DNA of 28,538 bases, from positions 1-28,538 of the IMG/VR virus record IMGVR_UViG_3300016667_000028; one strand, 5' to 3'. A program made the translations under genes and the position numbers. This document shows, in pieces, positions 24,495 through 28,538 of this stretch. This DNA is from a virus. Taxonomy: Duplodnaviria > Caudoviricetes. A model generated the notes under the pieces. The model had not been told where the DNA came from, did no database searches, and worked only from the letters and a program-made list of their open reading frames with translations. Position 1 is the stretch's first letter; every line of letters starts with the position of its first letter.

Positions 24495-25166
24495 ATGAAA
24501 CTTAGTGAAAATACCTTGGCAATCCTGAAGAACTTTGCCCAGATCAATTCTGGTTTGGTTCTCAAGAGTGGAAACGTCCAGAAGACCATCTCTCCCGAGA
24601 TGACTATTCTGGTTGAAGCCGAGATTGATGATGCCATTCCTTCTACTTTTGGCATCTATGACTTGAACCAGTTCCTTGGTAATCTTACCACGCTGAACGA
24701 TCCTGATCTTGAGTTTGATGACAAGTCTGTCCTTATGTCTAAGGACGGCATCGCTCTTAAGTACTATGCCTGTTCGACCAATCTTATCACTGCTCCGCCC
24801 GACAAGGAACTGGCGATTAAGAAGGTCGATGTGAACTTCAATCTCACTCATAGCAATCTCCAGATCCTTCTGAAGCTAGCCGCTATGAACAGCCTTCCCA
24901 ATCTGTCTGTCATCGGTAAGAACGGCGAGATTCGCCTTCAGACTCATGAAAAGACCAACGACACTTCTAACTTTGCAAGTGTCAAGGTCGCTGAGTATGC
25001 CGGCGAAGACTTTATCACTTCGTTCAAGACTGAAAATCTCAAGCTGGTTCCTGATGACTATGACGTTGAGATTCAGTTCAGCGAAGACAAGAAGGGTGGA
25101 GGCTTCTCTAAGTTCTCTGCTAAGAACAAGAAGCTGAAGTATTTCATTGCACTGGAGGCAAAGTAA
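24495..25166 (+). CDS. g45: Sliding clamp gp45
   Basis: MKLSENTLAILKNFAQIN, FGIYDLNQFL, ENLKLVPDDYDV, YFIALE. Confidence 0.96.
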   Translation: MKLSENTLAILKNFAQINSGLVLKSGNVQKTISPEMTILVEAEIDDAIPSTFGIYDLNQFLGNLTTLNDPDLEFDDKSVLMSKDGIALKYYACSTNLITAPPDKELAIKKVDVNFNLTHSNLQILLKLAAMNSLPNLSVIGKNGEIRLQTHEKTNDTSNFASVKVAEYAGEDFITSFKTENLKLVPDDYDVEIQFSEDKKGGGFSKFSAKNKKLKYFIALEAK

Positions 25167-25453
25167 TGGCTGGTATGGGTCACAATCAACCTGCATATGT
25201 GTCTGTCAACTCTCTGTCGGATGCAGACAAGAAGCGACTAAAGGATGCTGTCATGGAAATGAACGACTCCATGACTCGCACGGCTGCTGAACGCGATCTT
25301 CAGAAGGAAATTCTGAACCGCATGAACGACCAGCTTGGCGTTGATAAGAAGCTTCTGCGCCGTATGGCTAAGGTCTACTTCAAGTCTAACTACTCACAAG
25401 AGCAAGAAGACAATCGCAACTTCGAAGAAATGTACGACGAGGTTATGAAGTGA
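25166..25453 (+). CDS. dsbA: Double-stranded DNA-binding protein DsbA-like
   Basis: KRLKDAVMEMNDSMTR..AERDLQKEI.....GVDKKLLRRMAKVYFK.NY.QE.......E.MY matches the phage DsbA pattern. Confidence 0.75.
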   Translation: MAGMGHNQPAYVSVNSLSDADKKRLKDAVMEMNDSMTRTAAERDLQKEILNRMNDQLGVDKKLLRRMAKVYFKSNYSQEQEDNRNFEEMYDEVMK

Positions 25454-25617
25454 GTGGGAAGGATATTCCAAGCAAGAGCAAGATCATTTGCGAAAAGCTG
25501 GATGAACTTATCGAACTTATGCTCACACATGATCTGAATAATGTTGGAATGGCTTGGCCTGGTGATGTACATCGGGCTGGCATTCTTCGTAAGATGAAAG
25601 AGGACTATCAACGATGA
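25450..25617 (+). CDS. Hypothetical 55-aa protein (not in the ORF track)
   Basis: GTGA-coupled to dsbA; MSGKDIPSKSKIICEKLDELIELML...KEDYQR; its 3' end overlaps the convergent GIY-YIG gene. Confidence 0.45.
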   Translation: MSGKDIPSKSKIICEKLDELIELMLTHDLNNVGMAWPGDVHRAGILRKMKEDYQR

Positions 25618-26165
25618 GTTTTCTCTCTTAGTCTATAAAAGTCTGGATATTTTGGGTTGTCCAGTCTTCTGCGTATGGCAATTCCTGGATATGCTTTCTG
25701 GGCTTCACCAACAGAAGCATACTCTATGCCTTCACAAATGACTGGACAACTATTAGACTTCTTTATAGACTGAAAGAACTTATCAGATTGCTTTTTACCA
25801 AGCATACCATATGTGGCATAAGAAGCTCTATCTTTTCGTGAGTGATACTTTTTCATAGCTTCTATGAAGTTTGGAGACTTCGCAGTATATCCACCATCAC
25901 CACCTTCTGTCATATTGTAGCGTGGCAATAGCTCTTGGATGTAATGTTTTTCTTTTTCATCCAAATGGTCAAAATCAACCTCTTCAAGTACCTCTATCTT
26001 GAAATTTTCTATTCCGTACTTACGAAATGACTTATACAAGAAAGTGTTTTGTCCTGAGCGGCTATTGTAGATATGTTTTTGGAATCTATCTTCAACAGTC
26101 TTTTTCGTCTTGCCAACATAACAATCTTCGTTTATAATGTTGGTGATCTTATAGATATAAGGCAT
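25608..26165 (-). CDS. Free-standing GIY-YIG homing endonuclease (Seg-like)
   Basis: YIYKITN...YVGKT, RF.KH, YG.ENF..EVLE, E..YI, YNMT.GG; C-terminal V.CEGIEYASV.EA DNA-binding module. Only minus-strand gene in the window. Confidence 0.9.
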   Translation of the reverse strand: MPYIYKITNIINEDCYVGKTKKTVEDRFQKHIYNSRSGQNTFLYKSFRKYGIENFKIEVLEEVDFDHLDEKEKHYIQELLPRYNMTEGGDGGYTAKSPNFIEAMKKYHSRKDRASYATYGMLGKKQSDKFFQSIKKSNSCPVICEGIEYASVGEAQKAYPGIAIRRRLDNPKYPDFYRLREKTHR

Positions 26166-26192
26166 GGTATCTCCAGTTGAGAAGTATCGTAC

Positions 26193-26200
26193 TATTTAGT
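26193..26200 (-). promoter_or_regulatory. Late promoter variant ACTAAATA driving the GIY-YIG gene
   Basis: TATTTAGT on the + strand; minus-strand GGAG SD at 26171-26174. Confidence 0.55.
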
Positions 26201-26215
26201 AAAAGGAGATTTTGA

Positions 26216-27160
26216 GTGACTGCTGAACGTGAATTTTTATGGGTGGAACGATACAGACCACATACTGTAGCTGAGTGTATTCTTCCAGATCGGCTGAAGA
26301 AGCCGTTCCAAGAGTACGTTGACACTCAGTCTGTTCCAAATCTGATGCTGACCGGTTCGGCTGGTGTCGGTAAGACCACTGTGGCTATGGCGATGTGTGA
26401 AGAGATTGGTATCAACCATCTATTCATTAACTCGTCTGAAGAGCGTGGTATCGATACTCTGCGAACAAAGATCAAGTCTTATGCATCTACTGTGTCTCTG
26501 ACTGGTGGTCGCAAGGTCATCATTCTGGATGAGGCTGACTATCTTACACCAGAAGCCCAAGCTGCTATGCGTGGTGTCATCGAAGAGTATTCTGCAAACT
26601 GTACCTTCATCTTCACATGTAACTTCAAGTCTAAGCTGATTGATGCTATTCATTCTCGCTGTTCTGTCATCGACTTCTCTCTGAAGAATGATGAGAAGGC
26701 GAAAATGGCTATGCAGCTAATGAAGCGGCTTGAAGGCATTCTGACTAAAGAAGGAGTTAAGTTTGAGAAGCCTGTTCTGGCTAAGATTGTTGAAAAGTAC
26801 TTTCCTGATTATCGTCGTACTCTTAACGAGTTGCAGCGTTTCAGTGGCTCTGGCACTCTGGATGCTGGCATTGTTGCCCAGCTTTCGGATGTAAGAAAGA
26901 TTGGTGACCTTGTTGCTTATTTGAAGGATAAGAACTTCGGTGAGATGCGAAAGTGGTGTGTAGCCAATTCGGACATTGAGCCTAGCCGTATCTATCGCAA
27001 GATTTATGATTCACTCTATGAGTATTTCAAGCCTCATTCTATTCCGCAGGCTGTGGTCATCATCTCAAAGTATCAGTATCAGGCTGCGTTCGTTGCTGAT
27101 CAAGAAATCAATCTGGTGGCGTGTCTCACCGAATTGATGGTGGACTGTGAGTATAACTGA
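26216..27160 (+). CDS. g44: Clamp loader large subunit gp44
   Basis: LWVERYRP, GSAGVGKTT, ILDEAD, SRC, YFPDYRR.LNELQ, DQEINLVA. GTG start after AGGAG. Confidence 0.97.
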   Translation: MTAEREFLWVERYRPHTVAECILPDRLKKPFQEYVDTQSVPNLMLTGSAGVGKTTVAMAMCEEIGINHLFINSSEERGIDTLRTKIKSYASTVSLTGGRKVIILDEADYLTPEAQAAMRGVIEEYSANCTFIFTCNFKSKLIDAIHSRCSVIDFSLKNDEKAKMAMQLMKRLEGILTKEGVKFEKPVLAKIVEKYFPDYRRTLNELQRFSGSGTLDAGIVAQLSDVRKIGDLVAYLKDKNFGEMRKWCVANSDIEPSRIYRKIYDSLYEYFKPHSIPQAVVIISKYQYQAAFVADQEINLVACLTELMVDCEYN

Positions 27161-27786
27161 TGTTAAGTTTTATGGACGACTACTGGAAAGTAGTTGGTTC
27201 AGAACAGACCACTAGTGACATAAGGCAGAACAAACACTTTGCTTCGCTGACAAGTTTGTTGATGACTTATGGTGGCAACGGTATTGCTGAAGCCAAGATA
27301 CCTGCCAGATACAGGCCGTGGAAAAAGTGGGATCTATGCTTTCCTCAGACTGGTGTGGCGATAGAGTATAAGAGCGTAACGTCGAAGAGCATTGAGAAGT
27401 GTAAATACCTGAGGATTGAAGAAGCTGTTGGCTCCGCATATGATGTGCGAGCCGCCAACAGCGATCTTCGCATGGGATTTCTACTACTATTCGCCTTCAA
27501 CCGTATAGACAAAAAGATCATAAAGTCTAGAGATTATATGATTGACACCTTCTCTGAAATGGTTAAGGATGGTCTATACGACTTCTTTTGCCCTCTACAG
27601 TCCACAGGTATTGGACAACACGAAGAACTATCTACAGAACATACGTTTGAGAACTTTCTAACCAATATAAGTCAAGGACATACTAATGCCAGACCTATTC
27701 AAAGAAGTGGTGCCAAGCATTCTACAGACCAAGAAGGAGTGCTTCTCTTCGGAGAACGAGAAGGAATATACGCCCTATGTCGTTAA
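27160..27786 (+). CDS. PD-(D/E)xK nuclease resembling XhoI/PaeR7I-family type II restriction endonucleases
   Basis: IPARYRPWKKWDL...AIEYKS...RIEEAVGSAYD...GFLLL parallels the XhoI-family pattern LPG.FRP.K.WD...AIE.KS...R.EEA.G.A.D...G.L.L. Confidence 0.7.
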   Translation: MLSFMDDYWKVVGSEQTTSDIRQNKHFASLTSLLMTYGGNGIAEAKIPARYRPWKKWDLCFPQTGVAIEYKSVTSKSIEKCKYLRIEEAVGSAYDVRAANSDLRMGFLLLFAFNRIDKKIIKSRDYMIDTFSEMVKDGLYDFFCPLQSTGIGQHEELSTEHTFENFLTNISQGHTNARPIQRSGAKHSTDQEGVLLFGEREGIYALCR

Positions 27787-28105
27787 CCGCTCCATCTCCT
27801 TTCATCTAGACTGTGTTATGCCAGCCAACCAGATGAACATGATGCCGAATACCGACAAGCTACTTCAATACCAGTATTTGCTAAATACCGTAAGGTCGTA
27901 TAAGCGACCATTTCAGAAATGGCAGAAACGTGAGGATATTGATGGTTTAGAGGCTGTCAAAGAGTTTTATGGCTACTCAAACGAGAAGGCTAAAGAAGCG
28001 TTATCCATCCTTTCAAATGACCAGCTTGATGAAATAAGAAAAAGACTAAACAAAGGTGGTTTGAATGTTAGATATAAGCGAACTAATAGAGGTGACGCTG
28101 AATGA
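27686..28105 (+). CDS. g62: Clamp loader small subunit gp62
   Basis: EKEYTPYVVNRS.S...D....ANQMN, LQYQYLLN, VKEFYGYSNEKAKEAL.IL; AGGA SD. Confidence 0.94.
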   Translation: MPDLFKEVVPSILQTKKECFSSENEKEYTPYVVNRSISFHLDCVMPANQMNMMPNTDKLLQYQYLLNTVRSYKRPFQKWQKREDIDGLEAVKEFYGYSNEKAKEALSILSNDQLDEIRKRLNKGGLNVRYKRTNRGDAE

Positions 28106-28469
28106 GCCAGACGACTTTCTCAAGGTAAGAGAGACACTATCACGCATTGGTGTGGCTTCCAAGAAAGATAAGATTCTGTACCAGTCATGTCACATACTAC
28201 ATAAGCGCGGTAAGTACTATCTGGTTCATTTTAAACAGATGTTCCTTCTAGATGGTAAGTCTTCAGATTTCTCAGATGAAGACCGTGCAAGACTGAATAC
28301 AATATGCAATTTGCTACAGGAGTGGAAGCTCATCAACCTGGTCAACCCAGACAAAACAAAAGAGCCAGTTGCGCCATTGTCCATGATCAAGATTATCTCT
28401 CACAAAGAGCGTGGCGAATGGAATCTCGTTGCTAAATACAACATAGGCAAGAAGCGCAAGGAAGACTGA
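28065..28469 (+). CDS. regA: Translational repressor RegA
   Basis: PDDFLKVRETLSRIGVAS, LYQSCHILHKRGKYYLVHFK..F.LDGK, W.LVAKYNIG. Confidence 0.97.
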   Translation: MLDISELIEVTLNEPDDFLKVRETLSRIGVASKKDKILYQSCHILHKRGKYYLVHFKQMFLLDGKSSDFSDEDRARLNTICNLLQEWKLINLVNPDKTKEPVAPLSMIKIISHKERGEWNLVAKYNIGKKRKED

Positions 28470-28470
28470 G

Positions 28471-28538
28471 ATGGCTATTTGGGATACAATAACAGGGGCG
28501 TTACAGCCAGGTAACAAATCTCTATTTGAAGTCATAAT
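28471..28538 (+). CDS. Start of a further ORF, truncated by the window edge (MAIWDTITGALQPGNKSLFEVI...)
   Basis: ATG one base after the regA stop; open to the end of the window. Confidence 0.4.
   Translation, partial: MAIWDTITGALQPGNKSLFEVI

Noticed and set aside
25454-26215. Group I intron housing the GIY-YIG ORF
   Set aside because: The flanking genes (dsbA, g44) are intact, the ORF is antisense, and there is no room for an intron core.
27686-27786. Functional C-terminal extension of the XhoI-like nuclease overlapping g62
   Set aside because: The last ~33 residues are probably incidental read-through in an alternative frame of g62; the nuclease-like sequence appears to end near TFENFLTNI.

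Overview
The window is a segment of a T4-like myophage genome with cyanophage/alphaproteobacterial-phage-like gene order. Almost all genes are on the + strand. It runs from the 3' part of the portal gene (g20) through the head module (g67/g68-like core proteins, g21, g22, g23). It then continues through g3-uvsY-uvsW, g55, g47/g46, a GC-richer early block (HExxH/vWA protein, CobS/MoxR-like AAA+ ATPase, HTH protein), a glycosyltransferase, dNMP kinase, g45, dsbA, g44, g62 and regA. T4-type late promoters (TATAAATA) and sigma70-type promoters are visible. Notable accessory elements: (1) an ADP-ribosyltransferase-fold gene with a degenerate catalytic motif and a 703-aa modular protein, both inside the head operon and probably packaged; (2) a g3 lacking its stop codon and fused in frame to uvsY across an intact promoter and RBS; (3) a solitary DruA/DUF4338-like gene; (4) an orphan XhoI/PaeR7I-family nuclease between g44 and g62; (5) an antisense GIY-YIG homing endonuclease; (6) an H-type pseudoknot in front of the HTH gene; (7) a LysR-type tandem operator at the start of the early block. 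All family assignments come from motif recognition by eye; no database searches were run.
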